A DNA stretch of 44,099 nucleotides, from contig CAIYZB010000214.1 of assembly GCA_903930545.1 (NCBI GenBank), forward strand, positions 1-44,099, written 5' to 3'. Positions within the stretch are counted from its first letter, which is position 1; each line of letters begins with the position of its first letter. The position numbers and the translations under genes are program-made. Of the stretch, positions 24,804 through 35,130 are shown one piece after another. The DNA is from an uncultured Alphaproteobacteria bacterium (lineage in GTDB: Bacteria > Pseudomonadota > Alphaproteobacteria > Caulobacterales > Caulobacteraceae). The notes beneath the pieces were generated by a model, which saw only the letters and a program-made list of their open reading frames with translations, did no database searches and was not told where the DNA came from.

Positions 24804-25080
24804 ACGGAACCTGTAAGCAGGATAGGGCGCGTCAGCCTCTGACTCACCGCCCCGGCTGGCAAGCCCGTTCTCCACCCAATGGGGATGTCAGGAAGGGATC
24901 AGGCCTGGCTCAGTTTTGACTGGGGCAACTCTTGATTGCTTATCCGGCGACTGCTGGTATTCCCGATGATTGCTAGATTCGAGTCGAGATCTTTGATGGG
25001 TCACGTCTCCTAATACTAACCGTCAAGCTGAGCCGGGCCGCGGCTTCGCTCAAAGAGCACCAAGGGTGGAGCGCCGTCAC

Positions 25081-25485
25081 ATGGCTGAGGTTTCGAACAA
25101 GTCTCCGGACCCGCTGGACGTCGCCCTGGGGGCCTCGGTCCGGATCCGGCGTCGGACCATCGGTATGTCCCAGGAAGCCCTCGCGGAACAGTGTGGCGTC
25201 AGCTTCCAGCAGATCCAGAAATATGAGAACGGTGCCAACCGGATCTCGTTCTCCCGCCTGGTTCAGATCGCCCGGGCCCTGAAGTGCCGGGTCACGGATC
25301 TGATGGACGTGCTGGACACTCCCGCAGGCGAAGGCGAGGCCGAGATGGACCTCCTGGGACGCATGCGCACCCCAGGCGCCATGGAATTGCTCAATGCCTT
25401 CGAGAAGCTGCCGCCGGAATCTCGGTCGTCCCTGCTGGGCTTCCTGCGATCCCTCTCGGCCTCGAGCGAGACCGCAACGGTCTGA
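25081..25485 (+). CDS. XRE-family helix-turn-helix transcriptional regulator
   Basis: GMSQEALAEQCGVSFQQIQKYENGANRIS, the typical alphaproteobacterial XRE motif; GGAG SD. Confidence 0.93.
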   Translation: MAEVSNKSPDPLDVALGASVRIRRRTIGMSQEALAEQCGVSFQQIQKYENGANRISFSRLVQIARALKCRVTDLMDVLDTPAGEGEAEMDLLGRMRTPGAMELLNAFEKLPPESRSSLLGFLRSLSASSETATV

Positions 25486-26115
25486 TCACTCAGGCTCGGC
25501 CAGGAGGTGGTCGATCAGGGCCTTGGCCTGAGGGCCTGACCAGTCAGCCTCTCCTGAGATCCGGGCCTTTTCCACCCCGTCCTTGCCGTAGATCACCGTC
25601 GTGGGCATGCCCACGGCCGGGGGCTTGAACTCGAAAGGCAGGGCCTTTTTCGGGTCGTGGTAGTAGGTCAGGGGCGCGTTCTTGGCGATGAAGGCCTTGG
25701 CCTGATCGGTCTTGTCATCGGAATCGATGGAGACCGGGACCACGACGACGTCCTTGCCCTCATAGGCCTTGGCCAGGGAGGCCAGGGTTGGCATTTCGAT
25801 CACGCAGGGCCCGCACCAGGTGGCCCAGACATTCACCACCGTCACCTTGCCCCGGAAGTCAGCGATCCGATGGAGCTTGCCCTCTGAATCCTGGAAGCTG
25901 GAGACCGGCGCAGGAGCTGCCTCCAGAGGGAAAACCAGCCGGGCCATGTCGCCCTTGGCATAGGCTTTCAAATTCGTCGGCTGCTGGGGGTTTATGGAGG
26001 ACTGGGCAATGATGTAAGCAATGGTGGCGATGCCGAGTATGGCCACGCCCCAGAGCGCGATCTTGAGGACGCCGGCTTTGGGTTTGCCCGCCTCACCGCC
26101 TTGAACTTCACTCAT
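25486..26115 (-). CDS. tlpA: TlpA-family thiol:disulfide interchange protein
   Basis: N-terminal TM anchor, [10 protein letters not shown] and GMPTT motifs; divergent from argH. Confidence 0.88.
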   Translation of the reverse strand: MSEVQGGEAGKPKAGVLKIALWGVAILGIATIAYIIAQSSINPQQPTNLKAYAKGDMARLVFPLEAAPAPVSSFQDSEGKLHRIADFRGKVTVVNVWATWCGPCVIEMPTLASLAKAYEGKDVVVVPVSIDSDDKTDQAKAFIAKNAPLTYYHDPKKALPFEFKPPAVGMPTTVIYGKDGVEKARISGEADWSGPQAKALIDHLLAEPE

Positions 26116-27546
26116 ATGTCCGAAGACTCCTCGAACGCTTCTGGAAAACAGACAACGGCTCCCGCCGCTGGCCAGGCCATGTGGGGTGGACGGTTTACGT
26201 CCAAGCCCGCCGAATTGATGCAGGCCATCAACGTTTCCATCGGCTTTGACAAGCGTCTTGCCGAACAGGACCTGGCCGGATCAAAGGCCCACGCCGCCAT
26301 GCTGGCCAAGCAGGGGGTGATATCGGCCGAGGACGAGGTCACCATTCAGGGGGGCTTGCAGGCCATTTCGGCGGAGATGGCGGCCGGGACCTTCCCGTTC
26401 CGAGACGAATTCGAAGACATCCACATGAATGTGGAGGCCCGTCTGCGGGAGTTGATCGGCCCCGTGGCGGGTCGCCTGCACACCGCGCGGTCCCGCAATG
26501 ATCAGGTGGCTCTGGACTTCCGTCTCTGGGTTCGCGAGGCCTGCGATCGCACCCTGGCCCAGATCCAGGCCCTGCAGGGGGCCCTGCTGGCCAAGGCCGA
26601 ACCCCATGCGGCGACCCTGATGCCGGGCTTCACCCACCTTCAGCCTGCCCAGCCCGTGACCTTTGGGCACCACCTGATGGCCTATGTGGAAATGTTCGGC
26701 CGCGATGGCTCGCGCTTTGCCGATGCCCGCCGGCGGATGAACTTCAGCCCCCTCGGCGCTGCGGCCCTTGCAGGATCGCCCTTCCCGATTGATCGCCACG
26801 CCACGGCCCAGGCCCTGGGCTTTGACGGCCCACTGGCCAATTCCCTGGATGCCGTTTCCACCCGCGACTTTGCCCTGGAGGCCCTCGCGGCTGGCTCGAT
26901 CTGCGCCATCAACCTGTCGCGTCTGGCCGAAGAGATCGTGATCTGGATGACGCCTCAGTTCGGCTTCATCCGCCTGAGCGATGCCTTCACCACCGGCTCG
27001 TCCATCATGCCGCAGAAGAAGAACCCCGATGCGGCGGAGCTCGTCCGGGCCAAGGTCGGCAAGCTGATGGGGGCCTTCACCCAGCTGGCTATTGTCATGA
27101 AGGGCCTGCCCCTGACCTATTCCAAGGACATGCAGGAGGACAAGGTCGGCACCTTCGAGGCCTTTGATGCCCTGGAACTGTCCCTGGCGGCCATGGCCGG
27201 CATGGTCGCCGATCTCGAGCCCAATGCCGAGCGCATGGCCCTGGCGGCCGGCTCAGGCTTTTCCACTGCCACCGACCTGGCCGACTGGCTGGTGAGGGAG
27301 TTGGGCATTCCGTTCCGCGATGCCCACCACGTCACCGGGGCCGCCGTCAAGATGGCCGAGACCCGGGGCTGCGAACTGGCCGATCTTCCGCTTGCCGACC
27401 TCCAGTCACTGGAAAGCCGCATTACCCCTGCCATCTTTGATGTGCTCACTCCGGCAGCCTCCGTGGCCAGCCGCCGGAGCTATGGCGGAACCTCCCCGGA
27501 CCAGGTCCGGGCCCAGATCGCACGATGGAAGGACATCTTGTCATGA
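26116..27546 (+). CDS. argH: Argininosuccinate lyase
   Basis: [27 protein letters not shown] and [12 protein letters not shown] signature. Start is 26116 or 26179. Confidence 0.97.
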   Translation: MSEDSSNASGKQTTAPAAGQAMWGGRFTSKPAELMQAINVSIGFDKRLAEQDLAGSKAHAAMLAKQGVISAEDEVTIQGGLQAISAEMAAGTFPFRDEFEDIHMNVEARLRELIGPVAGRLHTARSRNDQVALDFRLWVREACDRTLAQIQALQGALLAKAEPHAATLMPGFTHLQPAQPVTFGHHLMAYVEMFGRDGSRFADARRRMNFSPLGAAALAGSPFPIDRHATAQALGFDGPLANSLDAVSTRDFALEALAAGSICAINLSRLAEEIVIWMTPQFGFIRLSDAFTTGSSIMPQKKNPDAAELVRAKVGKLMGAFTQLAIVMKGLPLTYSKDMQEDKVGTFEAFDALELSLAAMAGMVADLEPNAERMALAAGSGFSTATDLADWLVRELGIPFRDAHHVTGAAVKMAETRGCELADLPLADLQSLESRITPAIFDVLTPAASVASRRSYGGTSPDQVRAQIARWKDILS

Positions 27547-27818
27547 TGCTGCGTCACTTCGTTCCCCTGGGCATGGCCCTGGCCCTGGCCGGTTGCGGCA
27601 AGATGGGGGCCCTGGATCGCCCCGCCCCCATGTGGGGGGAGGCCAAGGCGACCTCTGACGCAGCTGGTGCCCCGGCCCGTCCCTTGAGTACCATCGACCC
27701 CCGCGATCCCAATGTGGATCCGGCCCCGGCCCGCACGAACCAGATCGATGGTGTCAGCGGGGCCAATGACGCCCCGCCCCAGGGTGCCCTCGACAACCCC
27801 TATACCCGGCCGCGATGA
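27543..27818 (+). CDS. Small lipoprotein, LptM/YifL (LppL)-like
   Basis: LALAGC lipobox followed by GKMGALDRP; ATGA overlaps with both argH and lysA. Confidence 0.75.
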   Translation: MMLRHFVPLGMALALAGCGKMGALDRPAPMWGEAKATSDAAGAPARPLSTIDPRDPNVDPAPARTNQIDGVSGANDAPPQGALDNPYTRPR

Positions 27819-29089
27819 ACCATTTTGAGTTCGACCAGGGCGAACTGTCCTGTGAGGGGGTTCGCCTCTCGGCCATTGCCGAGGCCGTGGGCACCCCGGT
27901 CTATGTCTATTCAACGGCGACTCTTGAACGGCACTTCACGGTGCTGCGCGATGCCCTGACGGCGGAGGGCATCGTCGATCCCCTGATCGCCTATGCGGTC
28001 AAGGCCAACCCCAACCTGGCGGTGATCCGCACCCTGGCCCGGCTGGGTGCCGGGGCAGACACAGTGTCTGAGGGCGAGGTCCGCCGGGCCCTGGCCGCCG
28101 GCGTGCCGCCGGAGCGCATCGTCTTTTCCGGGGTCGGCAAGTCGGCCGACGAGATCGCCTTTGCCCTCAAGGCGGGGGTTCTGGAAATGAACCTGGAATC
28201 CGAGCCGGAGCTGGAGCTGACCTCCCGCATCGCCCAATCCCTGGGCCTGCGCGCCCAGGTGGCCATCCGGGTCAATCCCGATGTCGAGGCCGGCGGCCAT
28301 GCCAAGATCGCCACCGGCAAGGCCGACAACAAGTTCGGGGTCTCCTTCGCCGAGGCCCAGAGGCTCTATGCCCGGGCGACCAATAGTCCCGGCCTGAAGC
28401 CCGTGGGCGTAGCCTGCCACATCGGCAGCCAGATCACCGACCTCGCCCCCTTCGAGGCCGCCTTCGGCAAGATGCGCCAGCTGGTGGAATCTCTCAGGGC
28501 CGAGGGCCTGGGGGTCGAGCGCCTGGACCTGGGCGGTGGCCTGGGCGTGCCCTATTTCAACCAGCCCACACCGCCGTCCCCGGCCGACTATGCTGCTATG
28601 GTGGCCCGGGCGACCCGGGGACTGGACGTCTCCCTGGCCTTTGAGCCGGGCCGGGTCATTGCCGCCAATGCCGGGGTCCTGGTTGCCAGGGTCCTGCACA
28701 TCCATGAGCGGCCCGAAGGACGGAAGTTCGCCGTGCTCGATGCGGCCATGAACGACCTGATCCGCCCGGCCATGTACGATGCCTATCACGACATCCGCCC
28801 TGTCCTGCCCAGGGATGCCGTGGGCGTGGTCTATGATGTCGTGGGGCCGATCTGCGAGACGGGCGATACCTTCACCCGCGACCGCACCCTGCCGCCCCTT
28901 CAGTCAGGTGATCTGGTGGCCTTCATGAGTGCGGGGGCCTATGGGGCCTCGATGTCGAGTGAATACAATTCCAGGCTTCTGGTGCCGGAGGTCCTGGTGA
29001 AGGACGGCGCGTTTGCCGTCGTCCGGCCCCGCCCGACCTATGAGGACATGCTGGCCCGGGAAACCGCCCCGGCCTGGCAGGAGCCCTAG
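27815..29089 (+). CDS. lysA: Diaminopimelate decarboxylase
   Basis: YAVKAN (PLP lysine), HIGSQ, DLGGG, EPGR, GPICETGD and GAYG motifs. Confidence 0.97.
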   Translation: MNHFEFDQGELSCEGVRLSAIAEAVGTPVYVYSTATLERHFTVLRDALTAEGIVDPLIAYAVKANPNLAVIRTLARLGAGADTVSEGEVRRALAAGVPPERIVFSGVGKSADEIAFALKAGVLEMNLESEPELELTSRIAQSLGLRAQVAIRVNPDVEAGGHAKIATGKADNKFGVSFAEAQRLYARATNSPGLKPVGVACHIGSQITDLAPFEAAFGKMRQLVESLRAEGLGVERLDLGGGLGVPYFNQPTPPSPADYAAMVARATRGLDVSLAFEPGRVIAANAGVLVARVLHIHERPEGRKFAVLDAAMNDLIRPAMYDAYHDIRPVLPRDAVGVVYDVVGPICETGDTFTRDRTLPPLQSGDLVAFMSAGAYGASMSSEYNSRLLVPEVLVKDGAFAVVRPRPTYEDMLARETAPAWQEP

Positions 29090-29607
29090 TCCAGGGCCCC
29101 GATATAGGGCAGGCCGCGCAGGCCGCCCTTGGAGTCCATGCCATAGCCCACCAGATAGCGGGCCGGGGCCTCCCAGGCCACGAAGTCCGGCTCTATGGCC
29201 CGGGGCTTGGGCCAGGGCTTGCGGGCAAAGACGGCCGTCAGGGTCTCCTTGGCCCCGGCATCCCGCACAAGGCGCTGGGCCTCTGACAGAGACAGGCCGG
29301 TATCGAAGACATCATCGAGGATCAGGGCGCGGCGTCCGGCCAGGGGCCTTTGCAGATCCGCCCGGACCTCGCAGCGCCCAAGACTGGCGCGCTCATCGCC
29401 ATAGGAGGCCAGCCACAGAGCATCGAAGCGCACATTGCGCCCAGCCCGGGACAGGGCCCGGGTCAGGTCAGCGGCAAACCACAGACCACCGGTCAGTAGG
29501 CAGACGGCCACAGTCTCGTCATCAATCCGGGGAGCGATCTCCGCGGCCAGAGCCGTGACCCGCGATTGAACCTCCGCCTCGCTGAGCAGAACCACAGGCT
29601 CAGTCAT
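29086..29607 (-). CDS. hpt: Hypoxanthine-guanine phosphoribosyltransferase-like protein
   Basis: LILDDVFDTGLSL PRPP motif, ASYG and YLVGYGMD...RGLPYIG; ATG 29607. Confidence 0.85.
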   Translation of the reverse strand: MTEPVVLLSEAEVQSRVTALAAEIAPRIDDETVAVCLLTGGLWFAADLTRALSRAGRNVRFDALWLASYGDERASLGRCEVRADLQRPLAGRRALILDDVFDTGLSLSEAQRLVRDAGAKETLTAVFARKPWPKPRAIEPDFVAWEAPARYLVGYGMDSKGGLRGLPYIGALD

Positions 29608-30481
29608 GGGCGGGGGTGTCATGATGGACCTCTGGCAGGGGTTGGGCCTCCACCGGCTCCGGCATAGGCGGTTCCGGGGCGACAGTAGGGCCGCGAAGAT
29701 CCATGCTGGCCGGCCTGGGGGCCGTCGGCTTGGGGGCGGCATGAAGCTTCGCAGGCCCATGGACACCCGGCCGGGCGGCTTCGGGTGCGAAGGCAATCTC
29801 CACCTGATCGGCACTGGAGGGCGGATCCAGCATGGACAGGGCAAAATGGCGGGTTTCCCCCGGGGGGATCAGGCCGTCAGCCGGGCGGGCAATCTTGGTC
29901 GCCACCGGCTTCCCGGCCTTGTTCAGCAAGCTGATCTTCAGGGGCGGGGTTTCGATGGCATGGCTTTCGACATTCCGGATCATGCCGGAAATGGCGATGG
30001 CAGCATGACCTTCCTGCAGGGCAGGCTCGGCCTTCTCGCCTTCGATCACCAGACCCAGACTATTCACCGGCAAACCGATGCCGGCATAGGCGGCGGCGGA
30101 CTGAGGCCAGGCCTTGACCACATCGACCCGGAACAGGACGGCAGTGCCGATCATCAGGGCCATGGCCACAGCCATGACGCCCCAGACGACCCCGACTGTC
30201 GCAGCCTCCCTCACCTTGCGGCCGGTCTCGGCCTTGGCGCGGAACACCTTTGGCAGGGCTTCGCCGGGCAGATCACTGATGGCTTCAGGTTCAGGGGCGG
30301 GCGCGGCAGGCTCACGGGCAACCGCACCCTCATCCTGGGAAACATCCAGTTCGAGCGCAGTTTCGTGTCTCGCGGTCCAGCGGGTCCCGCAAGAGGCACA
30401 TTTCACCGTCCGGCCATCTCGCGGGATCTTGGAATCGTCCACGAAATAGCTGGTGGCGCAGTCGGGGCAGGTCAGTATCAT
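29600..30481 (-). CDS. zitP: Zinc-ribbon (MJ0042-type) + TM + DUF3426 polarity factor, ZitP-like
   Basis: MILTCPDCATSYFVDDSKI...VKCASCGTRW zinc finger, a single TM and a periplasmic DUF3426-like domain; divergent from ftsE as in Caulobacter. Confidence 0.8.
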   Translation of the reverse strand: MILTCPDCATSYFVDDSKIPRDGRTVKCASCGTRWTARHETALELDVSQDEGAVAREPAAPAPEPEAISDLPGEALPKVFRAKAETGRKVREAATVGVVWGVMAVAMALMIGTAVLFRVDVVKAWPQSAAAYAGIGLPVNSLGLVIEGEKAEPALQEGHAAIAISGMIRNVESHAIETPPLKISLLNKAGKPVATKIARPADGLIPPGETRHFALSMLDPPSSADQVEIAFAPEAARPGVHGPAKLHAAPKPTAPRPASMDLRGPTVAPEPPMPEPVEAQPLPEVHHDTPAHD

Positions 30482-30537
30482 GACGACCGAATCGGACGCT
30501 CCAGCAACCTCAACCGAGGTCGCCGATTTCGGCCTTC

Positions 30538-31254
30538 ATGTCCAGAAACCCGCTTCCCGAAGGGGCGCAAGACATCGACCCCGCGACCGTCCGCTTTGAC
30601 GACGTTTCCATGCGCTATGGGCGTGCGCCTGAAACCCTGCGCGACCTCAGCTTTTCCCTCGAGCCAGGCTCGTTCCATTTCGTGACCGGTGCCTCCGGAG
30701 CCGGGAAAAGCTCCCTGCTCAAGCTGATCTATCTGGCCGCAAAGCCGTCCAAGGGATTGGTGCACCTGTTCGGTCAGGATGTCTCGGCTGTCCCGCTGCG
30801 GGATCAGCCTTTCCTGAGACGCCGGATCGGCGTGGTTTTTCAGGAGTTCCGACTGCTGGAACACATGTCGGCCTTCGACAATGTGGCCCTGCCCTTGAGG
30901 ATCGAGGGCCGCAAGCCGGACTCCTATCGGCAGGATGTGGCCGAACTCCTGGCCTGGGTCGGCCTGCGCCACCGCATGCACGCCATGCCGGCCACCCTGG
31001 CGGGGGGAGAAAAGCAGCGCCTGGCCATTGCCCGGGCCGTGGTCAATCGCCCCGATATCCTGCTGGCGGATGAGCCCACCGGCAATGTCGATCACGAGAT
31101 GGCCCTGCGGATCCTGAGACTTTTCGTGGAACTCAATCGCCTGGGAACCACCATTCTCATCGCGACCCATGACCAGGACCTGGTGGCACGCTCCGGCATG
31201 CCGGTCCTTCACCTTGACGGCGGCCAGCTGACTAGGCTGGGGTCCGAGCCATGA
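30538..31254 (+). CDS. ftsE: Cell division ATP-binding protein FtsE
   Basis: GASGAGKS, RRIGVVFQEFRLL, LAGGEKQR, ADEPTGN and ATHD motifs; followed by ftsX. Confidence 0.93.
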   Translation: MSRNPLPEGAQDIDPATVRFDDVSMRYGRAPETLRDLSFSLEPGSFHFVTGASGAGKSSLLKLIYLAAKPSKGLVHLFGQDVSAVPLRDQPFLRRRIGVVFQEFRLLEHMSAFDNVALPLRIEGRKPDSYRQDVAELLAWVGLRHRMHAMPATLAGGEKQRLAIARAVVNRPDILLADEPTGNVDHEMALRILRLFVELNRLGTTILIATHDQDLVARSGMPVLHLDGGQLTRLGSEP

Positions 31255-32144
31255 GTGACATGCTGGATCTGGACCGCTGGAAGCCGGCACCCTTCCTGCC
31301 GGATGCCGATGCCAGGGATGGGTCCCTTGTCTTTGTCGTGGCCACCCTGTGCTTTCTGGCCTGCCTGACAGCCCTGGCCGTCCTGGCCTCCGACCGCGCC
31401 GCCCGGGGCTGGACCCAGCAACTGACCGGCGAGGCGACCGTCATCGTCCGGCCCAAGGCCAATGAGACCCCCGATTCCGCGGCTGCCCGCGCGGCAGAGA
31501 CCCTGGCCGGTGTTCCCGGCGTGGCTGAAGCCCGGGCCCTTGAAAAGGAAAAGGCCGAGGCTCTGATCGCCCCCTGGCTGGGAGAAGAGACCGACCTGTC
31601 GGATCTCCCCATTCCACGGCTCGTGGCAGTGGTCCTGAGTCCTGAAAACCCTGCCGATACAAAGACCATGAACCTGGCCCTCAGATCCCAGGGTCTGGAT
31701 GCCAGTGTGGACGACCACTCCGTCTGGATGAAGGATATCGAGCGGGGTGCCAGCCTCGCCCGCTGGATCGGCATGGCGGTCTTTGCCCTGATCGCCACAG
31801 CGGCCGGGGCGGTGGTGGCTTTTGCCACACGCGCAGGTCTGGCCGCGCGCCACGAGGTGGTGGAGGTTCTCCACCTGTCCGGGGCAGAGGATGCCTTCAT
31901 TGCGCGGCTGTTCCAGGCGCGTTTTGCACGGATGGCCGCAATCGCGGGCTTGTTTGGCGCGGCCGGTGCAGCGATCATGGGTGCCCTTTTGCGGCTCCTT
32001 GGTGGAGGCAGCGGACTGACACCTGTACTTCCCATCGCCTGGACGGACCTGCTGGCCGTGACACCAGCTCCCCTGGCGGCTGGCCTGGTGGCGGCCGTTG
32101 CCGCACGCCTGACCGCCCAGTCCATCATCCGGGGCCTGCAGTGA
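31251..32144 (+). CDS. ftsX: Cell division permease FtsX
   Basis: One TM, a periplasmic loop (LPIPRLV) and three more TMs; EVLHLSGA.DAFI motif; ATGA overlap with ftsE. Confidence 0.9.
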   Translation: MSDMLDLDRWKPAPFLPDADARDGSLVFVVATLCFLACLTALAVLASDRAARGWTQQLTGEATVIVRPKANETPDSAAARAAETLAGVPGVAEARALEKEKAEALIAPWLGEETDLSDLPIPRLVAVVLSPENPADTKTMNLALRSQGLDASVDDHSVWMKDIERGASLARWIGMAVFALIATAAGAVVAFATRAGLAARHEVVEVLHLSGAEDAFIARLFQARFARMAAIAGLFGAAGAAIMGALLRLLGGGSGLTPVLPIAWTDLLAVTPAPLAAGLVAAVAARLTAQSIIRGLQ

Positions 32145-32755
32145 AGAGCCTTGCCGCCCTGCTGGTTGTGGTCCTGCTTTGGGCAGCAGGGCTCTGGGCC
32201 TTTGCCAGCCGTATCGAGGCCTCAACTCCGGCAGGGATTCCCGAAGCCGCCGATGGCGTCGTGGTCCTGACGGGTGCCGGGTCCAATGAACGTATCCTGG
32301 CCGGGGTTCGCCTGCTGGAGGCCGAAAAGGGCAAGCGGATGCTGGTCTCCGGCGTCTATCGCGCCGCCTCCCGGGAGGATATCCGCGCCGTCAGCAAGGC
32401 CACCCGCCGGCTCTATGACTGCTGTGTCGACCTGGACTTCAACGCCGCCAACACCATAGGCAATGCCAAGGAGACCGCCGACTGGGCCCGGGCCATGCGC
32501 TATGACAGCCTGATTGTGGTGACGGCGGACTATCACATGCCCCGCGCCATGCTGGAATTGCGCTCGGCCATGCCGAAGGTGCGGCTCCAGGCCTATCCGG
32601 TGACAACCCCGGTGATCGACATGGCCGACTGGTGGCGGTCCAGCAAGGGAGCCAGACTGATCGGTTGGGAGTATTGCAAGTATCTGGCGATCCTGGGTCG
32701 GGAGGCTGTGCTCAGCCTCGGCCCGCGGGAAGATCCTGCCAGCAGGAAGGACTAG
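32141..32755 (+). CDS. YdcF/DUF218 (ElyC-like) protein
   Basis: ADGVVVLTG, LVSG, NTIGNA.E, VVTADYHMPRA and EYCK motifs. Confidence 0.88.
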   Translation: MKSLAALLVVVLLWAAGLWAFASRIEASTPAGIPEAADGVVVLTGAGSNERILAGVRLLEAEKGKRMLVSGVYRAASREDIRAVSKATRRLYDCCVDLDFNAANTIGNAKETADWARAMRYDSLIVVTADYHMPRAMLELRSAMPKVRLQAYPVTTPVIDMADWWRSSKGARLIGWEYCKYLAILGREAVLSLGPREDPASRKD

Positions 32756-32757
32756 AC

Positions 32758-33468
32758 GTGCTGCTGGCTTTGCGTTCCCTGCTTTTCGTTGTGGTTTTCT
32801 ACATCTGGTCGGTCTTTGCCGCCGTCATTGTGGTGCCGCTCTATATCGCGCCCTATCGCTGGATGGTCACGGCCCTGCGGGTCTGGGGCATGGGGATCAT
32901 TTTCCTGCTGCGGGTGATCTGCGACATCAAGGTCGAGGTCCGAGGCAAGGAATTCCTGCCCAAGGGCGCAGCCCTGATCGCCCCCAAGCACCAGTGCATG
33001 TTCGATGTCTTTGGCCAGTTCGCCTGGCTGCCCAACTACTGCTTCGTGATGAAGAAGGAACTGGTCTGGATCCCGCTCTTCGGCTGGCACGCCCTGAAGA
33101 TGAAGATGGTGGTGGTGGACCGGTCCGGCCATTCCGCCGCCCTGCGCAAGCTGGTCAAGGATGCCAAGGATCGGTTCAGGGACGAACGCCAGATGCTGAT
33201 CTTCCCGGAAGGCACCCGCACCCAGCCGGGTGCCGCAGGGGACTACAAGCCCGGGATCGCGGCCCTCTATCGGGAGCTGGAAATGCCGGTCTATCCCATG
33301 GCCACCAATTCCGGTGTTCACTGGCCCTCCCATGGCTTCCTGCGCCACCCGGGCACCATCGTGTTTGAGTATCTGGAGCCCATCCCTCCCGGCCTGAAGC
33401 GCGGGGAATTCATGCGCACCCTGGAAGAGCGGATCGAGACCGCCTCCCTGAAGCTGCTGGACCTCTAG
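32758..33468 (+). CDS. plsC: 1-acyl-sn-glycerol-3-phosphate acyltransferase
   Basis: KHQCMFD (HX4D), KKEL, IFPEGTR and YKPG motifs; GTG 2 bp after the upstream stop. Confidence 0.88.
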   Translation: MLLALRSLLFVVVFYIWSVFAAVIVVPLYIAPYRWMVTALRVWGMGIIFLLRVICDIKVEVRGKEFLPKGAALIAPKHQCMFDVFGQFAWLPNYCFVMKKELVWIPLFGWHALKMKMVVVDRSGHSAALRKLVKDAKDRFRDERQMLIFPEGTRTQPGAAGDYKPGIAALYRELEMPVYPMATNSGVHWPSHGFLRHPGTIVFEYLEPIPPGLKRGEFMRTLEERIETASLKLLDL

Positions 33469-33986
33469 CTCCCGACCATTTGCAGCAGGGTCTCCATGGA
33501 CCGGTCGCGGATCCCCTCGGCCTTCAGGTGCATGACCAGATCCCGCAGATAGTCGGTATTGGGCCCCGACAAGCCCGTTGCTCCTGAGATAAGTTCAGCC
33601 TGACGTTCGAGACTGAGCACACCGGCCCACTGCGGGTGATCGGTGTCTGACAGGAAGACCAGGGTCTCGATCCGGCGTCCCTCGGCCAGGCGGATATGGG
33701 CCCGGGCCTCGATATAGGTCTCGGTGGGCTGCTCGCGTTCGCGCAGATAGGCATAGGTCTCAGGCCAGTCGGCCTCGGCCACGCGATAGGCCATGCCGCG
33801 CACAGCCCCGCCGGGGGCCAGACCCAGGACCAGGCCCGGCCGCTCATAGGTTCCACGATGATGGACGGAATAGATGCAGAAGGCGCGGCGCCGACCGTGT
33901 AATGTGGCCGCCTGTCGTTCGGCGAACTCAAAGCCGGGCCGCCACATCAAAGACCCATAACCGAAGACCCAACGCTCCCCCGACAT
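33465..33986 (-). CDS. chaC: ChaC-family gamma-glutamylcyclotransferase
   Basis: WVFGYGSLMW, HHRGT.ERPG.VLGL, YLRERE and G.SG.N.DYL motifs; GAGGAG SD upstream of ATG 33986. Confidence 0.9.
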   Translation of the reverse strand: MSGERWVFGYGSLMWRPGFEFAERQAATLHGRRRAFCIYSVHHRGTYERPGLVLGLAPGGAVRGMAYRVAEADWPETYAYLREREQPTETYIEARAHIRLAEGRRIETLVFLSDTDHPQWAGVLSLERQAELISGATGLSGPNTDYLRDLVMHLKAEGIRDRSMETLLQMVGS

Positions 33987-35130
33987 GGCTCGCCGCTCCT
34001 CGACTTCGGGTCCCAAGACCCCAGACACCCCTGAGGCCACAAAGCCCCCGGTCCGCAAACCGAGAGCCCCGCGCAAGACCGCGGCTGCGCCTCCGCCCCC
34101 ACCTGTGCCCGAACCTGAGCCGCCCCGCAAATCCCGCCTGGGCCTCTATCTGCCTTTCGGTGCTCTGGCCGTGGGTATGGTGGTCTGGAGCCTGGTCTGG
34201 GTGCAGGTCCAGGGCACCGCCAGGGCCCGCATGGATGCCAGCGTCGCCCAGTTGAAGTCCGCGGGCTATGAGCTGTCCTGGAAGGACCGCAAGATCGGCG
34301 GCTATCCCTTCCGGATCTCTGTGGTCCTGACCGAGGCCCGGCTGAGGGAACCCACGGGCTGGGCCATATCGACCCCCTTGCTGGAAACCGAGGCCTATAT
34401 CTATGCCGCCGGCCACTGGGTGATGGCCACACCCCAGGGCCTGACCCTGACCAGGCCCGTAGGCGGGCCCGTGGAAGTCACCGGGGATGTTCTTCGCGCC
34501 AGCCTTTCGGGCCTCGGCAAGGCCTTTCCGAGCCTGTCCATCGAGGGGCGCAAGCTGCGCTTCGCCGCGGCTCCGGGCGCCCTGCCCTTTGCCCTGACCA
34601 CGGCGAAAAAGGCCGAGCTGCATCTGCGTCCTGGTCCTGACGATCAGGGAGCCCTGCTGTTCCGCATCGATGGCGCCAAGGCCACGCCCGGCGGCCTGTT
34701 GGGCCGTGTCGCTGCTGACAAGCCGGTCGCCATGATCTGGGACAGCATCATCAGCAAGGCCAGCAGTCTGAAAGGCTCGAGCTGGAGCGACGCCGTGCGC
34801 ACCTGGAACCGGGAAGGTGGCCAGGCCACAGTCCGGCAGGCTGGCCTCACCGCCGGCAGTCTGGTCCTGGGTTCCAATTCAGGTCTGGTCAGTGTTGGTT
34901 CAGATGGCCGGATGCGGGGCAATCTCGACATCAGTCTGCGGAACGGTACGGTCGGACTGGTTGCCCTGGCAGAGGCTGGCGTGATTTCTGCCGAGACCGC
35001 CGAGGCCGCCGCCACCGTCGCCCAGGCCCGACAGGGCAACGGCCAGGTCGCCCAGGCGAAGATCAGTTTCGAGGCCGGTCGCACAACCCTCGGCCCCGTT
35101 GCCCTGGGGCCGGCCCCGAAGATCTACTGA
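33985..35130 (+). CDS. DUF2125 domain protein
   Basis: Pro/Lys-rich N-terminus, one TM, IGGYPFRI and C-terminal LGPVALGPAPKIY. Start uncertain (33985 or GTG 34105). Confidence 0.75.
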   Translation: MARRSSTSGPKTPDTPEATKPPVRKPRAPRKTAAAPPPPPVPEPEPPRKSRLGLYLPFGALAVGMVVWSLVWVQVQGTARARMDASVAQLKSAGYELSWKDRKIGGYPFRISVVLTEARLREPTGWAISTPLLETEAYIYAAGHWVMATPQGLTLTRPVGGPVEVTGDVLRASLSGLGKAFPSLSIEGRKLRFAAAPGALPFALTTAKKAELHLRPGPDDQGALLFRIDGAKATPGGLLGRVAADKPVAMIWDSIISKASSLKGSSWSDAVRTWNREGGQATVRQAGLTAGSLVLGSNSGLVSVGSDGRMRGNLDISLRNGTVGLVALAEAGVISAETAEAAATVAQARQGNGQVAQAKISFEAGRTTLGPVALGPAPKIY

